NCBI GenBank assembly: GCA_964016885.1
Contig: OZ024749.1
Span: 22,196,001-22,260,000, forward strand
Direction: 5' to 3'
From: Eledone cirrhosa
Taxonomy: Eukaryota
DNA: 64,000 nt
The notes under the pieces were generated by a model, which did not search any database, was not told the origin of the DNA, and saw only the letters and a list, made by a program, of their open reading frames with translations. Shown one piece after another: positions 15,511 through 28,879 of the stretch; within the stretch, counting starts at the first letter, position 1, and every line of letters starts with the position of its first letter. Both the position numbers and the translations under genes were made by a program.

Positions 15511-15953
15511 TGATAATTTAGTAAGTAAGTTAATTTTATAATTTTCTTATTTTACGTCTCTCATATTATTGTTGTGCAACCCCATGCATTGAACCACAAA
15601 GTTACTAAGACAAAAACCTATATATTTGCTAGCATTGATATGCATCTGTATGTATATATATGTTACTAGATATTAATTCTTTATAATTATCTCCAAATTA
15701 TTTGTCGAGCAATATCGGCCATGACTGCTGCTATGGTAGCAGGCAGGCCGCTGTCTTATTAGCAAACCACTTTCCACTGATTGACCTCGATGTCACGTGA
15801 TTGATTCTTTTTGAATTTGCCACAGACGCAGAGGCAGTGATTTTCTCAATGGCTAGGAATTCAGTCCACGCTTTGCTATTTCCTATCCACTGAATTATTT
15901 TTTAATAAGTTTCCAGAGTCCACGCTTTGCCTGGATACTTAGATGATAATAGT

Positions 15954-16033
15954 CTTCCCTGACGACGGAATGTTTCTCCATGTCTTCTTCGGAAAATATA
16001 TTTACTCCATTCCAGAAACTAATTAGTTGGAAG
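15954..16033 (+). ncRNA. Hammerhead ribozyme, family A copy 2
   Basis: Stem I cttcc/ggaag, stem II ggaatg/cattcc enclosing ~35 nt, palindromic stem III, GUU site. Confidence 0.8.
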
Positions 16034-16471
16034 TGATATTTTAGTAAGTTAATTTTATAATTTTCTTATTTTACGTCTCTCATATTATTGTTCTCCAACC
16101 CCATGCATTGAACCACAAAGTTACTAAGACAAAACCTATATATTTGCTAGCATTGATATGCATCTGTATGTATATATATGTTACTAGATATTAATTCTTT
16201 ATAATTATCTCCAAATTATTTTTCGAGCAATATTGGCTATGACTGCTGCTATGGTAGCAGGCAGGCCGCTGTCTTATTAGCAAACCACTTTCCGCTGATT
16301 GACCTCGATGTTACGTGATTGATTCTTTTTGAATTTGCCACAGACGCAGAGGCAGTGATTTTCTCAATGGCTAGGAATTCAGTCCACGCTTTGCTATTTC
16401 CTATCCACTGAATTATTTTTTAATAAGTTTCCAGAGTCCACGCTTTGCCTGGATACTTAGATAAGAATAGT

Positions 16472-16551
16472 CTTCCCTGACGACGGAATGTTTCTCCATG
16501 TCTTCTTCGGAAAATATATTTATTCCATTCCAGAAACTAATTAGTTGGAAG
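16472..16551 (+). ncRNA. Hammerhead ribozyme, family A copy 3
   Basis: Same motif as 15954-16033. Confidence 0.8.
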
Positions 16552-16597
16552 TGATATTTTAGTAAGTAAGTTAATTTTATAATTTTCTTATTTTACG

Positions 16598-16644
<47 letters not shown>

Positions 16645-16646
<2 letters not shown>

Positions 16647-16846
16647 TTGTAATAATAATTGTTTCTACTTTAGGCACAAGGCCAGCAATCACCCAGTGCA
16701 TTACTGGTACTTTTATTTTATCGACCCCGTAAGGATGAAAGGCAAAGTCAACCTCGTCGGGATTTGAACTCAGATCGTAAAGGGACGTAACTATGCTGGA
16801 AAGCATGGCGTCCGACCCTCTACCGATACTGCCAATCCACCGCCCT
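16645..16846 (-). mobile_element. tRNA-derived SINE (same family as 5675-5905)
   Basis: gggcggtggattggcagtatcgg start, gagttcaaatccc B box, gcctttcatccttacggggtcgataaaataaaagtaccag core, (ATT)n tail. Confidence 0.8.
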
Positions 16847-16927
16847 TATATTGTAATAATAATAATAATAAATGTGATGACTAAAATCCAAAGATTCTTT
16901 GCTTAAACTTTAATCTGTTATTTTAAT

Positions 16928-17020
<93 letters not shown>

Positions 17021-17054
17021 GGAACAATATGTAAGAATTTTTTATTATATCAAA

Positions 17055-17371
17055 GTTTAATGGGCTTCCACTGAAGATTTATAAGTGCCCACCTAAATAT
17101 ATTCTTACATGAATATATGTTAGGCTTCTACATAAACTGGAAACATTCTCCCAATTTGTAGAAAACTTATAATGAAACAATTGTTTGGAAAGAGAGATAT
17201 ATTTTAACCTTAATTATATCTCATAAAATAATACAACTGGCTTTCCACAAAATACATATAGTTAGCACCCCAAACACTTAAATTGGGTTTATACTAACAT
17301 ATAACCTAATGTTTGTTGAGTGAGATGGTTACCAGTCGGAGTTTAGCTTTAAGCTATCTCTGTTATTGTAT

Positions 17372-17374
<3 letters not shown>
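17055..17374 (+). mobile_element. 5'-truncated family B element
   Basis: Homologous to 3545-3857 with the same 3' end. Confidence 0.8.
17066..17190 (+). ncRNA. Hammerhead ribozyme with branched stem II domain (family B)
   Basis: ttcca-CTGAAGA-t-ttataagt...acttataa-t-GAAA-caattg-TT-tggaa. Confidence 0.8.
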
Positions 17375-17451
<77 letters not shown>

Positions 17452-17455
<4 letters not shown>

Positions 17456-17603
17456 AAAAGAGTCAGGACTCCGACGGCTGAGCTCCGGCCGTTTCGACAG
17501 CTAGATCCGAACTGTGGGTAATTTCCTATTACTCACTCTGCTACATAAAGTATTGAGTACTCTGGTGCATTATGGTCCACCTGGTATCTTACCACACCAT
17601 CTT

Positions 17604-17605
<2 letters not shown>
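17452..17605. mobile_element. Family F remnant (inverted HHR 3' half plus tail)
   Basis: Homologous to 35700-35840 in two orientations. Confidence 0.7.
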
Positions 17606-17634
<29 letters not shown>

Positions 17635-17715
17635 CTTATATATGTATATATATATATATATAAACTATATGTACACAATATAAGCACTATATATATATAT
17701 ACACTATATGCATAC

Positions 17716-17747
<32 letters not shown>

Positions 17748-17814
17748 TGCTGTTAAGTTACTAAATTAACTATATATGTATATATGTACACTTTATATGA
17801 TGTTTTTCTAGGGA

Positions 17815-17955
17815 GTTCGGCACCAGTGACGCCATCACTGTTAAGTAAACTGGAACAATAGGAAATAAAATGTCTTGCTCAAGGACACAAGGTACTGCCG
17901 AGTACCAAACTTCCGACATAAAGCCGAACACTCTAACCAGTAAACTACACGTCAC
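17815..17955 (-). mobile_element. Degenerate tRNA-type SINE (tgtgtccttgagcaagacatttta core)
   Basis: Homologous to 60559-60702 and 23803-23920. Confidence 0.6.
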
Positions 17956-18241
17956 ACCACTACTACACTATATATAACACACATACACTATATATAACAG
18001 TTAATCAGAAATTATTAAATGTGAACGACAGGTTTCTTTCTCCAAATATATTTAAGACGTTATTTTAAATGTAACCTGCAGTCATTGAGGTAAGGGGGAC
18101 GGGATGATGGGGCCAGGGTGGGGTATGGTGGGATGGCGGGGCAGCGTGGGGTATGGTGGGATGATGGGGCAGGGTGGAGTATGGTGCGATGATGGGGAAT
18201 GGTGGGATGGGTTACGGTGCAGTTTGGGGGAGGCTAGAATA

Positions 18242-20210
<1,969 letters not shown>

Positions 20211-20453
20211 AACGCTCCCAAAATATTTCGTGATATGCAAAAATGTATCTTAATATACAGAGACGCCAACACAGTAATACACGTACCATTTTATACTTTT
20301 ATACAGCGTGTGTATATAAATATATATATATTCACACATACACACACACATGTATATATATATAGATATACATATATGTTTATATATTGGTACCGCCCCC
20401 AGTAATTCCTTGAATCATATATATATATATATTAGGTTATTTATTTAGGGTAT

Positions 20454-20511
<58 letters not shown>

Positions 20512-20515
<4 letters not shown>

Positions 20516-21297
20516 AAATAACGAAACGAAATTAAATTTCGGTTCGTTTGTAACTCACTTTTGTATGACTGACACTTAAACAATTAAGTTAAAAATGTAC
20601 ATCCACATATGTATACTGAAATACTAGTATGCATATGAATACACACACGTGTACATATGTAGATGTATCGAGTTTTTCACTGGTCACTTTACTGTGAGTG
20701 TCCAGCTATTCTGTATGTAAACACACAGACAAACCGGTTTTTAGAGTCATACTGGTTTTTGAGGAAACACCTTTCCTCTATTCTCCAGAAAGCCAGACAA
20801 GGAATATTGGACTAGTTTCGATGTTGTTACATCTCATCAGCAATATTTACCTATCTTCCGGCCTTACTAGAGAATCGTAAAAGCACATATCGTTGTATGC
20901 TTTTTCTATGAAAATTAGTAGTGGGCAGACTAATTTGCATAGAGCGTGAGTACGTACCGGTTCAACGGAGACGATAAAAACAAATAACGAAACGAAATTA
21001 AATTTCGTTTCGTTTGTAACTCACTTTTGTATGACTGACGCTTAAACAATTAAGTTAAAAATGTACATCCACATATGTATACTGAAATACTAGTATGCAT
21101 ATGAATACACACACGTGTACATATGTAGATGTACCGAGTTTTTCACTGGTCACTTTACTATGAGTGTCCAGCTATTCTGTATGTAAACACACAGACAAAC
21201 CGGTTTTTAGAGTCATACTGGTTTTTGAGGAAACACCTTTCCTCTATTCTCCAGAAATAGTATACATATGTGGATGTACATTTTTAACTTAATTGTT

Positions 21298-21299
<2 letters not shown>
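20512..21299 (-). mobile_element. Retrozyme-like array, family C: 1.6 x 466-bp monomers plus a 5' inverted 42-bp piece (21258-21299)
   Basis: aaacaaataacgaaacg at 20512 and 20978; the terminal segment is the reverse complement of an internal segment; (TA)n flanks. Confidence 0.88.
20803..20847 (-). ncRNA. Canonical minimal type I hammerhead ribozyme
   Basis: aatattg-CTGATGA-gatgt-aaca-acatc-GAAA-ctag-TC-caatatt: 7-bp stem I, 5-bp stem II, ACTAGT palindromic stem III, GUC site. Confidence 0.92.
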
Positions 21300-21333
<34 letters not shown>

Positions 21334-21479
21334 ATTTGATGCAGAGAATTACTGGTGGCAGTACGAATATGTATGAGCACTGGTAAAGTTTATACGTTAA
21401 GAGAGACAATGAGGTTTTGTATATATGTATTTAGGTAATTGTGTATCGACTGATTGCGCGCGTTTCGCACAGGATTGGC

Positions 21480-22030
21480 TCAAGGTCTTCTTCTTTGCTC
21501 ACTTTTTTCTGGCAGTCCTCAAACTCTCATTCCAGCGGGTCCTGTCAGAAGCAACAGTCTCCAATTGATCCGGCTCGATCCCCAACAGAGACCAGCCGAG
21601 CTCATGGATGTAATCCAACCATTTGCATTCCCGACAAAAACACATCATCATCATCATCATCATCATCATCCGGGAAATCGACTGAACATTTGATCTCCAT
21701 GTGGATCTGTCATTCATTGCCGCTTCCAAATCCTGGATTTCAATACCAGAATGTCTGCAGATGACATAGGGATAGGAGAGCCTGTGCCCCTTGTTATTAG
21801 TGAATGCTTGTAGTTTCTAAAGCACTAATGTGGACATAGGGATACAACCCCATAGGTGGCACGATGGCAGTGGCCAGCAAACCTTACACTACTTTTACGT
21901 ACGACAGATATACGTGGGAGGCTGGCATATTTCTTTCAAAGTCAGATGTCGCCAGCTTATGTTCTGAATGCGTCGAAGCAGGCGAGTGTAGGTGAAATCC
22001 AGGTACTATTGTTGTTTGGATGAAAGCGTC
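21480..22030 (-). mobile_element. Two RTE-like LINE 3' fragments separated by a (GAT)n tail
   Basis: Translations MEAAMNDRSTWRSNV and WLDYIHELGWSLLGIEPDQLETVASDRTRW. Confidence 0.65.
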
Positions 22031-22148
22031 CATGTTTCACCCCCCCCCCAAAAAAAGGCAACACACACACACAATCACAAACCTTTTTCCCCGATGCCTT
22101 TTTCCATGTTGCTCCTGTCCACTTCTGTCCAGGGATGAGTTTTATATA

Positions 22149-22255
22149 CTTATCAGACCCATGCTTATCTCGGTTAAATTGGTATTAAATATATAAGATT
22201 TATATACTTATATATTTAATACCAATTTAACCGAGATAAGCATGGGTCTGATAAG
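22149..22255. repeat. Perfect 49-bp-arm palindrome with 9-nt spacer
   Basis: cttatcagacccatgcttatctcggttaaattggtattaaatatataag followed by its reverse complement. Confidence 0.9.
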
Positions 22256-22454
22256 CAACACTCCACCGTTTAACCTTCTAATGTACTCGGGTAAAGGCCA
22301 CACACGATCATACGCCTTTAGTAAATTTTGCATACATGCTCACATACACACACACGCACACACACACACATATATATAAATATACAAACACCCATACATA
22401 TAGATCAGTATATCTGTGTGTATATATATATGTATATATATGTATGTGCATATA

Positions 22455-22503
<49 letters not shown>

Positions 22504-22565
22504 CGGCGAGTGTGTTCTGTTATTAATTCTGGCAATATTACACAAATATGACCCTCCCCAAGTAT

Positions 22566-22626
<61 letters not shown>

Positions 22627-22749
22627 TATACATGTATGTATGAATGTATATATATATGTGTATATAAGTATGTATACGTACATACATATATGTATACAGA
22701 CGTAAAGTAGTATGTATATATATATATACATACATGCACACATATATAT

Positions 22750-23425
22750 ATGTACGTATGGATTGACCGAACATTTATTATATTCCTCGGTGTGTTTGTA
22801 AACAAACAGCCCGAATTAAGCCGTAGTGTCTAGCAACCATCGTTGCTCATATGTTCAACACTGTACGTATACATACTTATGTACGTGTACATACTTATAT
22901 TTAAGTAACAGCCGTACTAAGAGTGAGAAATGAAATTTCGTTTCATTTTTTCCGTTTATCGTTTTCGGTACCCCGGCCGATTAACTCACTCAATATGCAA
23001 ATTAGGCTGCTCAGCAGTTAATATGCATAAGGAAAGAATATACTTTCAGACGTTCAACCATCTGGCAGGAAGGTATACGTTGCTGACGATAGCTAATAAG
23101 CTTGAAACTAGTACAGCGTTCCTTTGTAAGTGTTGAACAAATGAGCAACGATGGTTGCTAGACACTGTACAGCTTAATTCGGGATGTTTGTTTACAAACA
23201 CACCGAGCATTATAATAAATGTTCGGTGAATCCATACGTACATATATATATGTGTACATGTATGTATATACATATATATATATGTGTACATGAATGTATA
23301 TATATATATATATACATACTACTGTACGTTTGTATACATATATGTATGTAAGTATACACACTTATATTTAAGTAACAGCCGTACTAAGAGTGAGAAATGA
23401 AATTTCGTTTCATTTTTTCCGTTTA
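22750..23425 (+). mobile_element. Retrozyme-like array, family C': 5' inverted piece (22750-22861) plus 1.2 x ~467-bp monomers
   Basis: cttatatttaagtaacagccg at 22894 and 23361; 22750-22861 is the reverse complement of ~23130-23241. Confidence 0.85.
23077..23119 (+). ncRNA. Minimal type I hammerhead ribozyme (U.U-closed stem II)
   Basis: acgttg-CTGACGA-t-agct-aata-agct-t-GAAA-ctag-TA-cagcgt. Confidence 0.88.
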
Positions 23426-23692
23426 TATATATGTATATATATATATTTATATATGTATGTATGTAATATATCTATGCATGTGTATTCGTTTGTATGTGCC
23501 TGTAGGTATACGTAAGTGATATTATGTGTGTTTGTATGTGTTAAAACGTACTAAAGCCTTATAGTCATTTGTGACATTTTTATAAAGTGAACTGAATATA
23601 AAAGGAATATAATACAAAACAATAAAATAAAATAATAAATAAATATCATAGTTTTTCTATAATTTTTGAATCTGTTCGCAATATGAATCTTA

Positions 23693-23925
23693 AAATGGTC
23701 CTCCGTCGGTTAAGACGACGAGTGTTCCAGTTGATATGATCAACGGAACAGCCTGCTCATGAAATATAACGTGCAAGTGGCTGAGTATTCCACATTGAAG
23801 TAAGCGTGGCTTAGTGGTTTAGACGACTGGATTCGCAATCATGATGTAGCGAATTCGAATTACCCATCAGGTGATGTGTTATGTCCTTGAGCAAGGCACT
23901 TTATTTCATGTTGCTCCTTCTACCT
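23693..23925 (+). mobile_element. SINE fragments (repeat segment, then tRNA-type head with tgtccttgagcaaggcacttta core)
   Basis: agcgtggcttagtggt A-box-like start at 23803; homologous to 60559. Confidence 0.6.
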
Positions 23926-24114
23926 GGAGTTGTGACCGTAGATAGTACCACCGAGTGGAAAGACAAATGGAAACTTTGTTTCCTTGGTCCAATTTGACAC
24001 ACACACACACACACACTATATATATATATATATATATACAGTGCCCCCCCCCAAATATATACATAATTAATCAGTATTCTAATCAAAGTGTGTATACATT
24101 TTGTATACACACCT

Positions 24115-24167
<53 letters not shown>

Positions 24168-24175
24168 ATAATAAT

Positions 24176-25535
24176 AAATTTGAAGACTAAAATCCAAAGA
24201 GGGCTCGATAAGGATAAATATATATCAAATATATAAGAACCGTAGAGCAAATATTTATTAAAATAACAGATTAAAGTTTAAGCAAAGAATCGCTGCTTTC
24301 ACCCTTAACGGGATCTTCTGAAACTAACAAAGTCAATCTGTAAACGCAGAACTGGATATTTCAAAAAACGTTGCAACCGGAGGAAGACAGGAAGACGATA
24401 CTTTGGTTCGTGGAAACGTTCGCTGGCTAAGAACGGGAAAAAACGAATATAATACGTCATTAATAGGAGCGGTGAAAAACAATTACGCGCAAAGACAGAA
24501 CCACGTTTATGGTATAATAGAGGTCGTAGACTAATGTTCTCTTAGGTGGTGCATAGAGACGTTCTCTGGCGATGAACGAAAAAAACCAAGATAATACGTC
24601 ATATGTGGAGCGTGGAGAACAATAGCACGCAAAGACAAAACCACGTAAATGGTATAGCAGAAGTCGTAGACTAAATTCTAACTAGGAGACCGAATGAATC
24701 TCCGCTACGGAGTTAAGAACAAAGTAAATAAATACAATACAGAAGTAATAGAAATAAATAAATACATACACGCAAACAGAAACGTACATACACAAGCATA
24801 CGCAAAAACTTACCATAGGTAAACAAAACCACGCACATATAAATATGTGTGTGTGTGTGTAAGCGTGTATACAAATAAATAAATAATTATATAAACGTAT
24901 ATAAATAAATAAATACGTATATAACAAGCGCACACACATACCTACATGTAAATACACGAATGTTCGGAGACGTAAGTCAACCAAAACATGAAGTACACAT
25001 ATACACACGCCCTACATACGTACGAACCTGCATACTCACACAGACGCAAAACTCCCGTATACACATAGCCGAACCATATGTACCAGAATATATAAAAACA
25101 TTATACGCCATAACAATCAAATATACGTACGAGAAGGTATACGTACCTTCACAAAACATACGGATAATATATACTTACCTATGCAAATAAGTAAAGGTAT
25201 AAACAAAACATATACTTAGCTCCCACATCGAGACGTAAAATATCCACGTATAGATCATACTATCCGTTAGGGTATAACGTGGGGCTGTAATACAGGAAAG
25301 TTTTGTGCAATTTATGTTTACAAGCCGAAATTGCCTCAGATTTTTTGTTTAAGATGTGGTCTGTGGCGTAGAGTATTTCCAGGGCCTCAGCGGCGCAGAG
25401 GTCACATGGTCTTTTATTTCCGTTATACGATCTAGCCCTAGCTAGGATCTCCCAGTGTAACTTATATTGGGTGTGGTTGTCTTTTAGACTCCAGATATAA
25501 GCTGAAAGTGACGTCATATTCCTTCTTAGAGGGTA
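24176..25535 (-). mobile_element. 5'-truncated Penelope-like element (GIY-YIG C-terminus, 3' region, pseudo-LTR)
   Basis: Minus-strand [45 protein letters not shown] at 25260-25535; the 24176-24324 terminus recurs as a palindrome at 46631-46855. Confidence 0.85.
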
Positions 25536-25676
25536 ACGAAAAGAATGGGTATGCATGTATACGTACATACATACATATGTACAGACGTACAGTAAGAATG
25601 GGTATGCATGTATACGTACATACATACATAGTACAGACGTACAGTAGTATGTATATACATACATGCACACACACAC

Positions 25677-25802
<126 letters not shown>

Positions 25803-25989
25803 GTGGGTTTACCGAACATTTATTATAATGTTCGGTTTGTTTGTAAACATATATATATACTTTTGGATCCTGTCCTTATTTTGATACTCCTGAAGAAGAG
25901 CTAAAGCCCGAACAACTAATTAGACATTTTGTACCTCTGTTTGTTGTTCCTTAAACTACACACACACACATATATATATATATATAAAG

Positions 25990-26482
25990 GCAAAATATGG
26001 CTCAGTCATTAGGACAGAGGATTGGATGCTTTGCGATATTCATTCCGGGTCTCTGTGCTTTGTGTTGAAATCACGTCAAGACCAGCTTTGCCTTTCATCC
26101 TTTCGAGGTTGTTAAATAGAGTACCAGTCCATTAATGGCGTCGATTCTTTCTCTGTAAGTAAAGTGGTTATTTCGATTCCTGGACCACATCTCGTGCTGT
26201 CTAAGCTAGAATATTGAGTTGTAGCGTCACTAGTGCCGAGCTATATTTGCCCTACACCTTAGAAAACATCATATATAATCTATACATAGTGTATATAATC
26301 TATATATAATCTATATATAGTGTATATAGTTTATATAGAGAGCATACCGTACGCAGATTTGTGTCCTGACACATGCGTATTATTATTTCGTTCTAACGAG
26401 GTCGATAAAATAAAGTAATCGACTTTTCCCTCCCCCCAAATTGCTGGCCTTGTGGCTATATAAGAAACCATTATTATTATTA
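25990..26482 (+). mobile_element. Degenerate or split SINE ending ttgctggccttgtggctatataagaaacc-(ATT)n
   Basis: Core gcctttcatcctttcgaggt and tail match the 5675 and 16645 family. Confidence 0.65.
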
Positions 26483-26484
26483 TT

Positions 26485-26648
26485 TTTGAATTTTCATTGT
26501 TGTATTTTTCTTGTTTATTGTTATTGTTTTGCTATTTTTTACTCGATTTTTGTATAAAACCCCTCTGTCCCGTCTATTGTATTGTTCCCTATATGTCGGC
26601 CCTTGTGGCCAATACATGAAACCATTATTATTATTATTATTATTATTG
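26485..26648 (+). mobile_element. Tx1-type 3' UTR fragment with (ATT)n
   Basis: Resembles 32350-32530 (ttttcattgtt...aaaaccc..ctgtcccgtct..gtcggcccttgtggccaata). Confidence 0.7.
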
Positions 26649-26864
26649 TTGGTGAAGCCACGCTTCTTATCGCCTCCAGTCTTTTTCAACGTTTTACCTC
26701 TTTTTCAACCGTTCTAAACCTTTTATTCAAGTTTTAAATTTGATAAAAGTTTAGAAGAAGTGACCCACCTAATACAGGGGTTCACTAGTAAATAATACGG
26801 CACCCCTTTACGGGGTGTCGTATTCGTATTTGTGTAAAAATATATATTTTTTAAAAATTTCAAC

Positions 26865-28838
26865 ATGGATATCACAAAAAAAAAAGAGAGAGCGCTGTCA
26901 GACAACACAGAGAGAGGGAGACTTTATCAGCATGTCAACAAGACAGCGTTCCAGCGGAGGTAAATATAAACGAAAATATTACAAACGAAAAAGAAATTGT
27001 TACAGATTTAAAATTACCAAATATTTCTAACACAAACAACACCAACAATAACACCAACAACATCACCAACAACAACACCAAAAATAACAGCGATAAAGTC
27101 GAGAACGACAATAACAAAAATAACAGCGGTAAGGTCGAGAACGACAATAACAATGACAATAACAACAGCCACAACAACAATAATAGTAGGAACAGTATCA
27201 ACAAAAACAACAATAATAACAACAGCCACAATAACAGTAACAGCAGCAACAGTATCAACGAAAACAACACCAACAACTGTACCAGCGAAAAGAACAGCAA
27301 TGACACCGATACCTGTAATAGCGACCTCAGCACCACCAGTAAGACCAGTAGCGGCAGCAATAGTGGTGCTGCTGAAAAAGGGACCACTTCTTTTGCAGGT
27401 GTCGCCCGAAATATCGAGACAGTGTTAGTCACAGAGGAGGAGATGGCAGTCGCAAGGGCCATGGTGACAAGAAGCGCAAATAGAGTTTCCCTGAAACCTC
27501 CACCCGATTTTTTCAAGGACCAGCAGCTACGGACGGTGACTTACCGCACCGTAAACAAAATCTCACATCGAGTGGAGAGAGCCACGGAGGCTCAAATCCA
27601 AAAGGCCTTGGGGTGCGTCTGGGCACGCAAAACCCACATCACCCGAGGCAGAAAGTACGCCACAGTAGACATACTTTTCGCCACCCCCCAGGAAGCAAAG
27701 TCTCACTCTTTGGAAACCCTAAAGAGTGACGAGTTAGTCTTGGTGCCCTCCCACTGCGGGCAGAAAATCGTGAGGGTCAAAGTGACCCAGGTCCCACCCG
27801 ACGTGCCCATACCTTGGCTGGCCGCGTCTGTCCTTGCTGGAATTGAGAACAGGGCGACCATGCTGGAAGTAGAAAAAATAGGGAGAGAGAACTGGTCAGG
27901 TATAGGCATGCAAATGCTTATACAAACTGACCAGGAATGTATCGAGGCTATCCCCGATATCATAGACTTCGAGGAAGGACTCCAACTCCCTATACGTGTA
28001 GAAGAAAGACGGCCAAAATGTTATCTCTATGGGTTGAAAGGTCACCTCAGGGCCTTTTGCCCGCAGAAGACACCGAAGAGGTCCGCTGCTACCAAGAGCA
28101 GGACAGGCAACAAACGAAGAAGCCCCTTCCACGGTGAGTAGGAGGGCAACGTCCGTAGCACCCGTACCAAGGCCATGGATAACTAAAGCAGCATCATCAG
28201 TAGCGGCAACACCAATAGCTACATTTGAAATAGCTACACCAGCAACACAATTGCCGAAGAGGGCTCCACAACCACCACCAAAAGCCGTGGAGCACAAACC
28301 CCTCCCAGACGCCACAGAATCCGACGTGGAGTTTGAGGCGGGAGTGACGTGGCAAACAGTCTGCCACAAAAAAGAAAAAAAAAAACCCCTTAGATTCACC
28401 CTCCAAAAGCGAAGGCATACAAAGAGGGGTAAAGGCAGCAAGGAAACTTGCAGCAACACCACCACAAACACCAACAACGCAAACACAAAACACACACACC
28501 AAACAGCAACAAGAAGAAAACGGCAACAAAATCACCCCTCCCCCCAAAAAGTACACAGCCATAAACATAGCAAAAAAAGAACTCATAAAATATATAAAGC
28601 AGCACACAGACATCACGGAAAAAACTACTACACCCCACCAACACCAAGAACTCTCCCGACAAACATAAGCATCATCGAAATCTCAATAGAACAGTACAAA
28701 CCTTCAAAACAAAAATTCCCCAACGGAGTTGGAGACTTCAGAGGTACGCTTACCAAGAGGATATACACTGACATCCTCTTGGAAACGCCCATGACCAGCG
28801 AAAGGGACGGTTCTACTGTCCCTTCACCACACGAATAA
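26865..28838 (+). pseudogene. Tx1 ORF1 (Asn-rich N-terminus, RRM-like region, degenerate CCHC knuckle), frameshifted
   Basis: RPKCYLYGLKGHLRAFCP (second Cys mutated); pieces 27422-28141 and 28134-28838; start position approximate. Confidence 0.75.
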
Positions 28839-28879
28839 GGTAAGTGACCCTTTCTCATTTGCCTCGTTTCTCATCCAAC

